Positions 18,703 to 27,412 of a stretch of DNA of 29,638 nucleotides are shown one piece after another (positions within the stretch are counted from its first letter, which is position 1; the number at the start of each line of letters is the position of its first letter). The position numbers and the translations under genes were made by a program. Origin of the DNA: Candidatus Thorarchaeota archaeon (GTDB lineage Archaea > Asgardarchaeota > Thorarchaeia > Thorarchaeales > Thorarchaeaceae); contig PRDH01000065.1 of assembly GCA_003345545.1 (NCBI GenBank), positions 1 to 29,638 of the forward strand, read 5' to 3'. The notes below the pieces were generated by a model, which searched no databases, was not told the origin of the DNA, and saw nothing but the letters and a program-made list of their open reading frames with translations.

Positions 18703-20055
18703 ATGGTCTTGGTCCTAGATAATCTTGGTAAATCCCTCAACTCTGCACTGAAGAAACTCTTCGGTGCAAGTGTCATCGATGAGGAACTGGTGAAAGAGCT
18801 GGTCAAGAATATCCAGCGGGCACTACTCGTAGCAGACGTAGATGTCAATCTCGTAATGGCCATCACAGAGAGGGTACAAAAAGAGGCTCTAGATGAGTCG
18901 CTTCCGAGAGGCGTTTCACGTCGGGAGCATGTCGTTCGGGTCGTCTGGGACACTCTCGCCTACTTCCTAGGAGAAAAGGCAGTACCTCTGACAATTAACC
19001 CCGGAAGACCCAATCTTGTCATGATGGTGGGCATTCAGGGCTCGGGCAAGACCACAACAATTGGAAAGCTAGCTCGCTACTACCAGAAACGAGGAATCAA
19101 GAGCGGGGTCATCTGCGCTGACAACTTCAGACCTGGTGCGTACAGTCAGTTGAAACAGCTTGCTGAACGATCCAATGTACCGTTCTGGGGCGACGAGGAA
19201 GAAAAGGATGCGGTCAAGCTCGCAAAGAGAGGATTCAAGGAGATGAAGGACAGGGGAGTAGAACTCATTCTCCTAGATACCTCAGGTAGGCACAGAGAAG
19301 AAACCAGTCTGATCAAGGAGATGAGAGACATCTCAAAGTCTGTCAATCCGCAGGAGATTGTACTCGTCGTCGATGGTACCCTTGGCCAACAAGCAGGTGT
19401 CCAAGCAGAGGCATTTCAAAAGGCCACCGATATAGGCTCGATTATTGTGACGAAGCTCGATGGCAGCGCAAAGGGTGGTGGCGCCCTCTCGGCAGTGGCA
19501 GCCACGAAGGCGCCAATCAAATTCATTGGAACTGGAGAAGGAATAGATGCAATTGAACCATTCAATCCAACCAAGTTTGCTGGCCGACTGCTTGGTATGT
19601 CAGATATTCGAGGACTTATAGACAAGGTAAAGGAAGCGCAGATTGAGGTTGAGGAAGACGCGGTCAAACGAATAATGAAGGGGCAGTTCTCCCTGAAGGA
19701 CATGATGGCACAGCTGAAGCAGTTGAAGAAGATGGGACCAATCGGTAAGGTAATGGAGATGCTTGGGCTTCAGTACAAACTTCCTGATGGCGTCGCTGAG
19801 ATTCAGGAAGAAAACATGAAGAAATGGGAAATCATCATGAACTCTATGACCAAGGAGGAGATGGAGGAACCCAAACTGATCAAGGCCTCAAGAATCAAAC
19901 GCATTGCAAAAGGGTCAGGCACTTCCCAGAAGGATGTTCGCGATCTGCTAAAGCAGCACGAACAGATGAAGAAAATAATGAAACAGATGGGCAAGCAGCG
20001 AAGAGGGCGAAAAGGAGGCATTCCTGGGCTTCCTGCTGGTCTTCCCGGTATGTAA
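18703..20055 (+). CDS. srp54: Signal recognition particle 54 kDa protein
   Basis: GIQGSGKTTT, DTSGRH, TKLDGSAKGGGA and a Met-rich M domain with SRIKRIAKGSG. Confidence 0.97.
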   Translation: MVLVLDNLGKSLNSALKKLFGASVIDEELVKELVKNIQRALLVADVDVNLVMAITERVQKEALDESLPRGVSRREHVVRVVWDTLAYFLGEKAVPLTINPGRPNLVMMVGIQGSGKTTTIGKLARYYQKRGIKSGVICADNFRPGAYSQLKQLAERSNVPFWGDEEEKDAVKLAKRGFKEMKDRGVELILLDTSGRHREETSLIKEMRDISKSVNPQEIVLVVDGTLGQQAGVQAEAFQKATDIGSIIVTKLDGSAKGGGALSAVAATKAPIKFIGTGEGIDAIEPFNPTKFAGRLLGMSDIRGLIDKVKEAQIEVEEDAVKRIMKGQFSLKDMMAQLKQLKKMGPIGKVMEMLGLQYKLPDGVAEIQEENMKKWEIIMNSMTKEEMEEPKLIKASRIKRIAKGSGTSQKDVRDLLKQHEQMKKIMKQMGKQRRGRKGGIPGLPAGLPGM

Positions 20056-20072
20056 TTTGGATATGAGTTCCA

Positions 20073-20657
20073 ATGCGGCGATTCCTAGTATTGTTTGACG
20101 ATTTGCCAATTGACAAAGCGTCTGTGAAATCAGGCGCCAATTCATCAGAGGTCGTCACAGCCTGCAGGTGTGTCAACGTTGGTCTATTCCTGTCTGGAAA
20201 TCTGCGCAGGGATGTCATAGTTTCGATTGCCACAGGGCCGATTGATGACCTGAGAGTCATATCATTTCTTGGAGAAACCTTGAAACGGGTATCGCCTGAC
20301 GAGAGATCGATTTCATTCTTTTTGCTTAAGTCACTCGACATGGCTATGGGCCTTGCACAAGATTCACAGAAAGTAATGGACAACGGAATTATTGTCAGAA
20401 GGGAAGCGTTCAAGCATCTAATAACCGCGTATAGGCCAGATAATGTCTTCGTCGCATACAGGGGCAGCACGCCCGATTCTGATTCGTCGTACAAACTTGA
20501 GAATGCACTCCTTGTCTATGATACTGGGACATGCATAGATGTGGCAAGCTCCAAGATTATGCCGGGGAAATACAGGAAACTACCATGCCCATCGCATCCG
20601 GAGAGATTCATCTTAGATGTCAATGACAGGTTAGATGACAATACATCTGATACCTGA
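20073..20657 (+). CDS. trmY: TrmY-like SPOUT protein (tRNA pseudouridine-54 N1-methyltransferase homologue), divergent
   Basis: MRRF, CRCVNVGLFLSGNLRRDV, PDERS and terminal NDRLD. SAM-knot motifs are not recognisable. Confidence 0.65.
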   Translation: MRRFLVLFDDLPIDKASVKSGANSSEVVTACRCVNVGLFLSGNLRRDVIVSIATGPIDDLRVISFLGETLKRVSPDERSISFFLLKSLDMAMGLAQDSQKVMDNGIIVRREAFKHLITAYRPDNVFVAYRGSTPDSDSSYKLENALLVYDTGTCIDVASSKIMPGKYRKLPCPSHPERFILDVNDRLDDNTSDT

Positions 20658-20701
20658 GGAAAGCTTCATAATCTCAGTATCGAAAAGATACTCGATTATC
20701 A

Positions 20702-21880
20702 TTGCCTACCAACGTGACCCCGCAGTTCGAAAAGCAACGGGAAGTCTATGAAGAAACAGAAGACCTTGCTCAGAGGATAGTAGAGCTTGAGAAGCTCCTT
20801 GCACTCGCCCCTAATCACAAGGGAGGCGAGAGAATGCTAGCAGACTATCGCAAGAAACTTGCCCAGCTAAAAGCATTGATTGAGAAGAGAAGAGAACAAG
20901 AACGAGCTCGCCGATCCGGAGGCGGTACTGAAGAGGGAGTCATCAGGAAGGAAGGAGCAGGTCAAGTCTGTCTGATTGGAGTAACGAACAGTGGGAAGTC
21001 AACTCTCATCAACTCCGTTACTAATGCAAAGCTGGATGTAGGGAACTATCCGTTCACAACAGCAGTTCCGACTCCTGCAATGTTGACCCTGGAGGATATC
21101 AACATCCAACTCGTTGAATTGCCGGGAGTCTTCGAGGGTAGCCACAAGACCGGAATCGGGAGGCAGGCCATGTCAGTGGCCAGAAACACGGATTGTATCG
21201 CACTGGTGATTGACCTGTCACAGGATACTGATTGGCAGATGAATACAATTCTTGGAGAACTCGACTCTGCAAGAGTCCGTCTAAATAAGGAAAAGACAGC
21301 AGTACGAGTGGACAAGGTCGGTCTTGGCGGGCATATGATCTATGGTGCCCAAAACTATCAAGGTGACATTGAAGAGGTAAAGGAGTTTCTTCAGGCACGC
21401 AGAATCACAAACATAATTGTCCGGTTTCAGAAACCTGCATCCTTCCAGCAGCTAGTGGATGCCCTGGACACAAGTGTTGCCTATGTTCGAGCATTGGTGA
21501 TTGCCACAAAGGGTGATGTTCAGGGCTCTGTAGAGAGATTCAAGGAACTAGAAGAAAAATACGGCTCTCGATTTGACATTGTTCCAGTATCCGCGGAGAA
21601 GAGAGAGAATCTTGATGGCATGAGCTGGGCATTCTATCGACATCTCGATATACTGAGGGTATATACGAAGAGCCCAGGAAAGGAAAGAGAGAGAAAGCCC
21701 ATTGTGCTTCCTGAGGGGTCAGTCGTTGAAGATGCTGCAGCCAAAGTCCACAAGGAATTGTTCATCGAACGATTCCGGTCTGCAACGATAATCAGGGAAA
21801 ACGATAAGATAAAACGCAGAGTGGTCGGCCTCAACTACCCGCTCCAAGATAGCGATGTTATTCAATTATCTCACACCTAA
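20702..21880 (+). CDS. DRG/Obg-family GTPase with C-terminal TGS domain (archaeal MPTN-type paralogue)
   Basis: MPTN start, PNHKG, GVTNSGKS, YPFTT, QLVELPG, TKGD, SA and LRVYTK. Confidence 0.88.
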   Translation: MPTNVTPQFEKQREVYEETEDLAQRIVELEKLLALAPNHKGGERMLADYRKKLAQLKALIEKRREQERARRSGGGTEEGVIRKEGAGQVCLIGVTNSGKSTLINSVTNAKLDVGNYPFTTAVPTPAMLTLEDINIQLVELPGVFEGSHKTGIGRQAMSVARNTDCIALVIDLSQDTDWQMNTILGELDSARVRLNKEKTAVRVDKVGLGGHMIYGAQNYQGDIEEVKEFLQARRITNIIVRFQKPASFQQLVDALDTSVAYVRALVIATKGDVQGSVERFKELEEKYGSRFDIVPVSAEKRENLDGMSWAFYRHLDILRVYTKSPGKERERKPIVLPEGSVVEDAAAKVHKELFIERFRSATIIRENDKIKRRVVGLNYPLQDSDVIQLSHT

Positions 21881-21902
21881 CTGACAAGAGGAGTGTGACT
21901 GT

Positions 21903-22649
21903 ATGGTAGAATTCCCGAACCTCATTGTTGTCCTTGTGGAGCCTGAAAGCCCAGGCAACGTGGGGTTTGTTGCAAGATCTCTTGCCAATTTTGGCGTCAA
22001 AGAACTCAGAATCGTCGGTCCAGATCCGAGGGAAGACTATCAGGCACAGATTTTCTCAGTCCATGCACACGATATTCTGGATTCAGCAGGCATCTTCAAG
22101 GATTTGGGCTCTGCCCTCGAAGACACGGATGTTGCGTGGGCAGCAACAGCCAGATCCGGCGGGAATCTCAGTGTCACCAGAGCACTAGTGCCATTGCACG
22201 AACTGCCCGATCCAACCTCACTCGATGGCAGGATTGCGCTGGTATTTGGTCGCGAGAGCTCCGGACTCACAAACGAGGAGATTGGCCTCTGCGATGTGTC
22301 ATTCACAATCCCAACAGCAGATGAATATCCAAGCATGAACCTCAGTCATGCAGTCACAGTGGTGCTCTATCACTTCTTCTCAAACTATGCATCAGAAGAA
22401 CCTCGAAGAACGTCGAAGGCAAGGCCAGCGACTCGGAAGGAGAGAGAGCAAGTGCTAGTATTCCTTGATGACATGATTGACCATCTCGACCTGAAGGACT
22501 TCAGAAAGCCTATTGCAAAGCAGATATTCAGAAATCTGCTCGGTCGTGCATACCTGACTGGCCGTGAAGTGACAACACTGACCGGGGTCGCAAGCAAACT
22601 GAATAGACTGGCCAAAGAACATGAGGACCCTGGTGATCAGACACCATAA
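21903..22649 (+). CDS. trmJ: TrmJ-family tRNA 2'-O-methyltransferase
   Basis: VVLVEPESPGNVGFVAR, ATAR, LVFGRESSGLTNEE and YPSMNLSHAV. Confidence 0.92.
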   Translation: MVEFPNLIVVLVEPESPGNVGFVARSLANFGVKELRIVGPDPREDYQAQIFSVHAHDILDSAGIFKDLGSALEDTDVAWAATARSGGNLSVTRALVPLHELPDPTSLDGRIALVFGRESSGLTNEEIGLCDVSFTIPTADEYPSMNLSHAVTVVLYHFFSNYASEEPRRTSKARPATRKEREQVLVFLDDMIDHLDLKDFRKPIAKQIFRNLLGRAYLTGREVTTLTGVASKLNRLAKEHEDPGDQTP

Positions 22650-23176
22650 CCCATCTGGCGTCTGAGAACAGGATCAATCTTGTCGAACACAATCTTGCAA
22701 GGTGTGGGCAACTTGGGAGCAGCCTTGTTCAAAGCTTCCATTCCAGCGTAGATATGCTGGCGGTTGACTCTGACTGTTATGATTGCCTGATTCGGCTTGA
22801 TTCGTGCTGCTGAGCCAATGACCTTTCCCCAGGCTCTTCTCATCCCATCCTGCACACGGTCTGCACCAGCACCTGAGATCATCTTGTTCTCTCTGAGATA
22901 CTGTAGAGGCTTCACACGCATGCGAAGATGGAAGTTCAACCTGCCTGCGTCCTTGGTCAGCTGACGATTGGCAGTGACACGTGCAGCCTCAAGAGCCTGA
23001 TTCCTAATCTGGCAGCGTTCAAGACCAATCAGCGACATCTCTACCTCGAAATCCCCTCCGGGATAGCCCATGTCAAAGCTGACTATGCGGCTTGCTGGTC
23101 GCCGATGTATATACCGCGTTCTCATAAAAGGAGGGCGATCACACTCCCTGTAGCATTGACCTGGTCGCTTTCCCAT
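22637..23176 (-). CDS. rpl10e: 50S ribosomal protein uL16 (L10e)
   Basis: RPGQCYR, ALEAARV, RENKMISGAGADRVQDGMRRAWGK and KLP. GGTGA lies upstream of ATG 23176. Confidence 0.95.
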   Translation of the reverse strand: MGKRPGQCYRECDRPPFMRTRYIHRRPASRIVSFDMGYPGGDFEVEMSLIGLERCQIRNQALEAARVTANRQLTKDAGRLNFHLRMRVKPLQYLRENKMISGAGADRVQDGMRRAWGKVIGSAARIKPNQAIITVRVNRQHIYAGMEALNKAAPKLPTPCKIVFDKIDPVLRRQMGYGV

Positions 23177-23319
23177 ACTGTTCACCTTATGATTGGTTTA
23201 GAGTCTTAGCTGCACAGACTCAACGTCACCGCTTGAAGTTCCAATAAAAGGATTATGGCATGTATCGACCAAGACGACAATCAAGCATATCGGACCATCT
23301 TCGCTTTTTCATACGAGAA

Positions 23320-23336
23320 TAAAACCCTGGGTTTTA
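23320..23336. promoter_or_regulatory. Inverted repeat overlapping a TATA-like element
   Basis: TAAAACCC-T-GGGTTTTA. Confidence 0.45.
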
Positions 23337-23464
23337 GTCAATTAATGAGAGAGTACTACCTAGGTGGGACTAGCAACGACCTTCGCGTTCCCATGATTCT
23401 GAGTAGTCCTCGATGATCGGCGTCTCAAACCAAGGGCTGCATACCATATGCAGCCCATCATCTG

Positions 23465-23743
23465 GTGATGACAATGAAGACAACAGTCAACCTCTCAAAG
23501 AAGGGCAATTCGATTATGCTTGTTTTTGAGGAAGGGTTCTCAACATATTCAATTGCTGTTCCTTTGCCCTATGCTGTCAGTTTCTTCCTCAGAGGTCTGC
23601 TAGTCTCCCTTGCTGCCTTGGAACAGAATAAAGACCTCCAGAAGAAGATTGAACAAAAGGAAGGCATGAAGGCGGAAATCTTAGAGGAAATTAGGAAAGC
23701 ATTCGTGCTGTACGAAAACGTGCTCAAAGAAATCGGACGGTAG
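23465..23743 (+). CDS. Hypothetical ~90-aa protein (beta-strand-like N-terminus, charged helical C-terminus)
   Basis: Protein-like composition, GGTGA before the ATG, and no better overlapping ORF. Confidence 0.65.
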   Translation: MMTMKTTVNLSKKGNSIMLVFEEGFSTYSIAVPLPYAVSFFLRGLLVSLAALEQNKDLQKKIEQKEGMKAEILEEIRKAFVLYENVLKEIGR

Positions 23744-24046
23744 GAGGGAGATGAATCAGAAGTGCATGATGCTGCGACATCATCAACACTCTTTCTTAGG
23801 TTCACAGACTGTTTACAATCAGGAAACGGACTAGGCCATACTTGGTACTTTGGATACGAGCCCACACTTGAAGCACATTGGGATTAAGTCTTGGAACTCG
23901 AAGAATTATGATGAGATATCGCTGTCAACGGAATCTAGCATAGGGATTTGGGTGGGCTTTTATGAGGAAGACTTATCACAATCGTTACCTATTCATTTTG
24001 GGCAAACATAGGTTTGGTTTAGGTTTTAGGAGGAGAATGGATTTCT

Positions 24047-24964
24047 ATGAGTGACTACGCAGTGTCTATCAACAATGTTACAAAATCATTTGGTAGTGTA
24101 AGAGCTCTAGATGATTTGTCACTTAATATAGATTCATGTATATTTGGTCTAATAGGACCAAACGGCGCTGGGAAGACAACTCTTCTCAGAATTCTTCTGG
24201 GGCTCATTAGGCCCGATAACGGCACTGCTAATATCCTTGGCCATAGCATTCTAGACCGTCCTGAGGATTACCTTGAGCACGTGGGAGTGCTTCATGAGAA
24301 TCCATATTATCCTCCTCTGATGACAGCTCGACAATATCTCACTGATGTAGGCCTTCTCTATCCCGATCAAATCCCAGTTGATGAAGTATTAGCTCTGGTA
24401 GGACTATCAGAAGCAGCAGACCGCAAGATCAGGTACTTATCTGCAGGCATGTATAGACGCTTGGGGCTTGCACAAGCACTTGTGGGACGGCCACGACTGA
24501 TCCTCTTGGATGAGCCCACTTCCAACCTCGACATAACCGGACGAGATCTTGTCATGAGGCTTATTGTTGGAATTCATAATGAAGAAAAAGTGTCGTTTCT
24601 CATAACATCACACATTCTCTCGGAACTGGAGCGAGCTTGCCATCAGGTGGCAATCATCGTCAGGGGCAAGATTGTGGAGAAAGGAGCCATAGCCGAACTG
24701 GTAGAACGACACACGCAATGTAGATTCAGGGCAATTTCCTCTGACTCCTGGAAACTGGAAAAGTTGTTGAAAGGAGAAGAGGGAATTGTCAGCGTTCTCG
24801 TGGAGGGTTCTAAGTCACTGATTATCGAGGTTTCATCTGATTATGTTAGAGACATGGAATCGCGTCTCGAAAAGGCGGCAAATCGAGGCGGCATTCAATT
24901 CTACGGTATTGAGGCCACTGGGACTCTTGAGGATGTATTTAGGAGGTTAGTCAGTCGTGGTTAG
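24047..24964 (+). CDS. ABC-2 type transporter ATP-binding protein
   Basis: GPNGAGKTT, LSAGM signature variant, LLDEPTSNLD and SH loop. AGGAGG upstream. Confidence 0.93.
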   Translation: MSDYAVSINNVTKSFGSVRALDDLSLNIDSCIFGLIGPNGAGKTTLLRILLGLIRPDNGTANILGHSILDRPEDYLEHVGVLHENPYYPPLMTARQYLTDVGLLYPDQIPVDEVLALVGLSEAADRKIRYLSAGMYRRLGLAQALVGRPRLILLDEPTSNLDITGRDLVMRLIVGIHNEEKVSFLITSHILSELERACHQVAIIVRGKIVEKGAIAELVERHTQCRFRAISSDSWKLEKLLKGEEGIVSVLVEGSKSLIIEVSSDYVRDMESRLEKAANRGGIQFYGIEATGTLEDVFRRLVSRG

Positions 24965-25781
24965 AAGAGAATCTCGCAGATTCAGAATTCTTAGACTCGA
25001 AGTGGACGTGTCGTTTCCGTTTCCAACGATTATAGGCATTTTTGCAGCATTCATAATGATTGCATCTTATTCTCTGCTCGGTATGCCGGACATCGGTCTG
25101 CAATTTGCTCTGCCCATAGGGTCAATCGACCCAAGTTCAGTAGGAGACCTTGCTGCTGCCATTCGGATAATGATGACACACTCGATAGTTGTTTCGACAC
25201 TCAATCTGTTTTACGTCATTCTCTTACTGGTCCCTTTACTCATGGCGTTTAACTTTGCCCTCGGCTTTAGCAACGGTCAGATTCGAATGTTGGTGTCCTA
25301 CCCTATTGGAAGAAAGAGAATAATCATTACGAAATGGGGATTGATTTTCATTCTCTCGTCTGCATCGGTAACGCTGGGTGCGCTCTTTGGATTGGCTTTC
25401 TTTTTTCCGTTTACAATGGACATTGCCATATTGGGTCAACTCTTTATTCCCCTATGGATTAACATCTTGCTGGTAACAACAAGCTGTCTGCTCATGGCCG
25501 TTTTGTTTCGGAGCGCGCCGTTGACAGCTGTGGGAGGAATAAGTCTTTGGCTTGGCACTTTTGTTTTGTTCACAATGCAATCCTCTTCCTCCTTTCTACT
25601 GAACGTACTGTTCCCATTCTTGTCGGCGATTAATTACTTGAATCCTGATTTCATAAGTCCCATTTCGTTCTTGGGTGCAACATCACTGAGCGATGTTCTT
25701 CTTGGATGCGGAGCCGCATTTTTGTTGAGTGTGCTGTTATTGTGTTTCAGTGTCTTCGCCTTTCGGAGATTGGAGGTCTGA
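24957..25781 (+). CDS. ABC-2 type transporter permease
   Basis: About 6 TM segments and GQIRMLVSYPIGRKRIIITKW. Overlaps the ATPase stop. Confidence 0.85.
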   Translation: MVRRESRRFRILRLEVDVSFPFPTIIGIFAAFIMIASYSLLGMPDIGLQFALPIGSIDPSSVGDLAAAIRIMMTHSIVVSTLNLFYVILLLVPLLMAFNFALGFSNGQIRMLVSYPIGRKRIIITKWGLIFILSSASVTLGALFGLAFFFPFTMDIAILGQLFIPLWINILLVTTSCLLMAVLFRSAPLTAVGGISLWLGTFVLFTMQSSSSFLLNVLFPFLSAINYLNPDFISPISFLGATSLSDVLLGCGAAFLLSVLLLCFSVFAFRRLEV

Positions 25782-25784
25782 TTA

Positions 25785-26336
25785 ATGAGACTCGGACATT
25801 TGTGGAAGTCCCTTTTCGTTCTTGGCATTACTGTGATTGTGATTTCTTTCATTCCAAGTAGCATCTTTCAGGCAACAGATGACCTCTCAAGTGATTATTA
25901 TAGAGGGCATCTGATACAGTGTCCAGAAGATCCTTTTCTTGTTGTCACTGAAACAGATGGGAAATCGATTGCTCTCTATATCCTTACGATTGTAGAGAGT
26001 GCCAGACTGATGAATGGAACGCCAATAGAAGACGTATCTACAGTCTTTAGTCTCGTCAACGTAAGTGAGTGGTCCGGTATTGCCCATCTTGGGGCTCCTG
26101 GTCTATATGTTGTTTTTGTAACAGCTGTGAATCAATCTGAAACATCGTATTGTTCAATCTATGTCTTCCGCAGTGTTCCACAATTCAGAGTGTTGATTGC
26201 AGGAATGGCTTTCCTTGTTTTAGCTTTTGCTGGCTACTTGTTCAAATCCCCAAGAATTCCTCGACTAGTGATGAGGCATAGGGAAGGTATGATGGAGCGA
26301 AAAGAAACCGGCTGCGAAACCACGGCACCTTCATGA
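25785..26336 (+). CDS. Membrane-anchored protein (N- and C-terminal TM, beta-rich middle), probable ABC accessory subunit
   Basis: Starts 3 nt after the permease stop; both termini hydrophobic. Confidence 0.7.
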   Translation: MRLGHLWKSLFVLGITVIVISFIPSSIFQATDDLSSDYYRGHLIQCPEDPFLVVTETDGKSIALYILTIVESARLMNGTPIEDVSTVFSLVNVSEWSGIAHLGAPGLYVVFVTAVNQSETSYCSIYVFRSVPQFRVLIAGMAFLVLAFAGYLFKSPRIPRLVMRHREGMMERKETGCETTAPS

Positions 26337-26341
26337 AGAAA

Positions 26342-26427
26342 TGCTTAGAGGAAATGCTGAAACTCACTGAAAAGAGATCCACACGAAGGTTTCAGTCAGT
26401 GAACAGATATGGCATTTCTTCTAGGCA
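26342..26427 (+). other. Long RNA-like stem-loop downstream of the ABC cassette
   Basis: TGCTTAGAGGAAATGC pairs with GCATTTCTTCTAGGCA (16 bp, two G-U pairs); inner TCACTGA/TCAGTGA. Confidence 0.5.
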
Positions 26428-26731
26428 CCGACCATGGCAAGTTGAATACTTAGTAATCCCATGCGTTATGTACACAGACTGTGGCACTGATTTCGACCAA
26501 GTGAGAGAATACTCAGCGTTTTCCATTATCTCAAACTTCAGTTCAAAACTCTACTATAGAAGTACCTGCATGATGCTGCTCAAGTTAGTTTAGTCACCAC
26601 AGTCCCCTTATTTGTGCCTACCCGGACAGCTGATTCTTGGGATTCAATGAGTATGAGAATATGAAAAACAAGCTAGAACCCAGAATATGGATAATCCGGT
26701 TTCTGTTATGGATGCCATGTGCAAGACACTG

Positions 26732-26758
26732 AATGGAGGATTGCCTCTTTGCTCCATT
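26732..26758. terminator. Small hairpin just downstream of the minus-strand membrane gene
   Basis: AATGGAG...CTCCATT 7-bp stem, 14 nt beyond the stop at 26773. Confidence 0.25.
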
Positions 26759-26772
26759 TAGCCTTCTTTCTG

Positions 26773-27255
26773 TCACCATGGCGAGACCGGTTCCTTGGGA
26801 CCAGCGAGGTGCATCAACAAGAGGCCGGTGATAAGTTGTATGGGAATAGGACCAATATAGACAAAAGCTCCTGATGAAATCATAGTAGGAAATGCTACAA
26901 TCAATGATGTGATTGGCAGGACTAGTGTCAAGGCTCCGACCAGAAGTGTGTTTCTTTTACTAGTCGCACCTCTTGTGAAACGTATCACTTGAAATGCAAA
27001 GATGATATTGAAGAACCCCAGCGACAGTCCAGTGGACAATGCGTAGTAGGTCAACACCTGTAATCCGCTCATAGAAGACTCCGGAGGATATATCGCCCAG
27101 AGGAGTGCATAAGTTGCTATGCTCACATGCCCATCGTGGCCGCCGAACCCGTATAGAAACGTCGTATACGGTGGCACGACTGTCGCCAACGCAATAACTA
27201 CTGATGCATGTTTCCAGCTGAGCCGACCCGCTAGATTACGCATGTCTCTCTCCAA
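26773..27255 (-). CDS. Hypothetical multi-pass membrane protein
   Basis: 4-5 hydrophobic segments, GPIPIQLITGLLL and terminal PW. TTG or ATG start. Confidence 0.75.
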   Translation of the reverse strand: MERDMRNLAGRLSWKHASVVIALATVVPPYTTFLYGFGGHDGHVSIATYALLWAIYPPESSMSGLQVLTYYALSTGLSLGFFNIIFAFQVIRFTRGATSKRNTLLVGALTLVLPITSLIVAFPTMISSGAFVYIGPIPIQLITGLLLMHLAGPKEPVSPW

Positions 27256-27412
27256 CCGTTGTATCTTGCAGAGCCACTAGTATTAAAACTTGCGAGTAGC
27301 CGATGCTTCTAGTTCCTTAGTAACGGTCTACCAACAAGAGAGCTGCATTGATAACCGAGTGATGCAAGTATTCACCAGTGTAACTTGACAAGGCAACGGA
27401 GGAATTGAAAAA

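Noticed and set aside
19895-20494. 199-aa minus-strand ORF and other long antisense ORFs in the track
   Set aside because: They overlap well-supported genes on the opposite strand and show no motifs.
20702-21880. GTPase G3 motif reads ELPG and G4 reads TKGD
   Set aside because: As recalled, similar variants are typical of the archaeal MPTN-type DRG paralogue, so this is not evidence of inactivation.
22637-22649. 13-bp convergent overlap of trmJ and rpl10e
   Set aside because: Common in compact archaeal genomes.
24010-24030. Telomere-like GGTTTGGTTTAGGTTTTAGG
   Set aside because: Only about three degenerate units merging into an RBS; low complexity.
26333-26593. 86-aa ORF coupled to the ABC cassette by an ATGA overlap
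   Set aside because: No recognisable motif, and it coincides with the strong hairpin. Not fully excluded.
26345-26770. GAGGAAA resembling the RNase P RNA 5' motif
   Set aside because: The following GUCC and the 3' P4 partner are absent.
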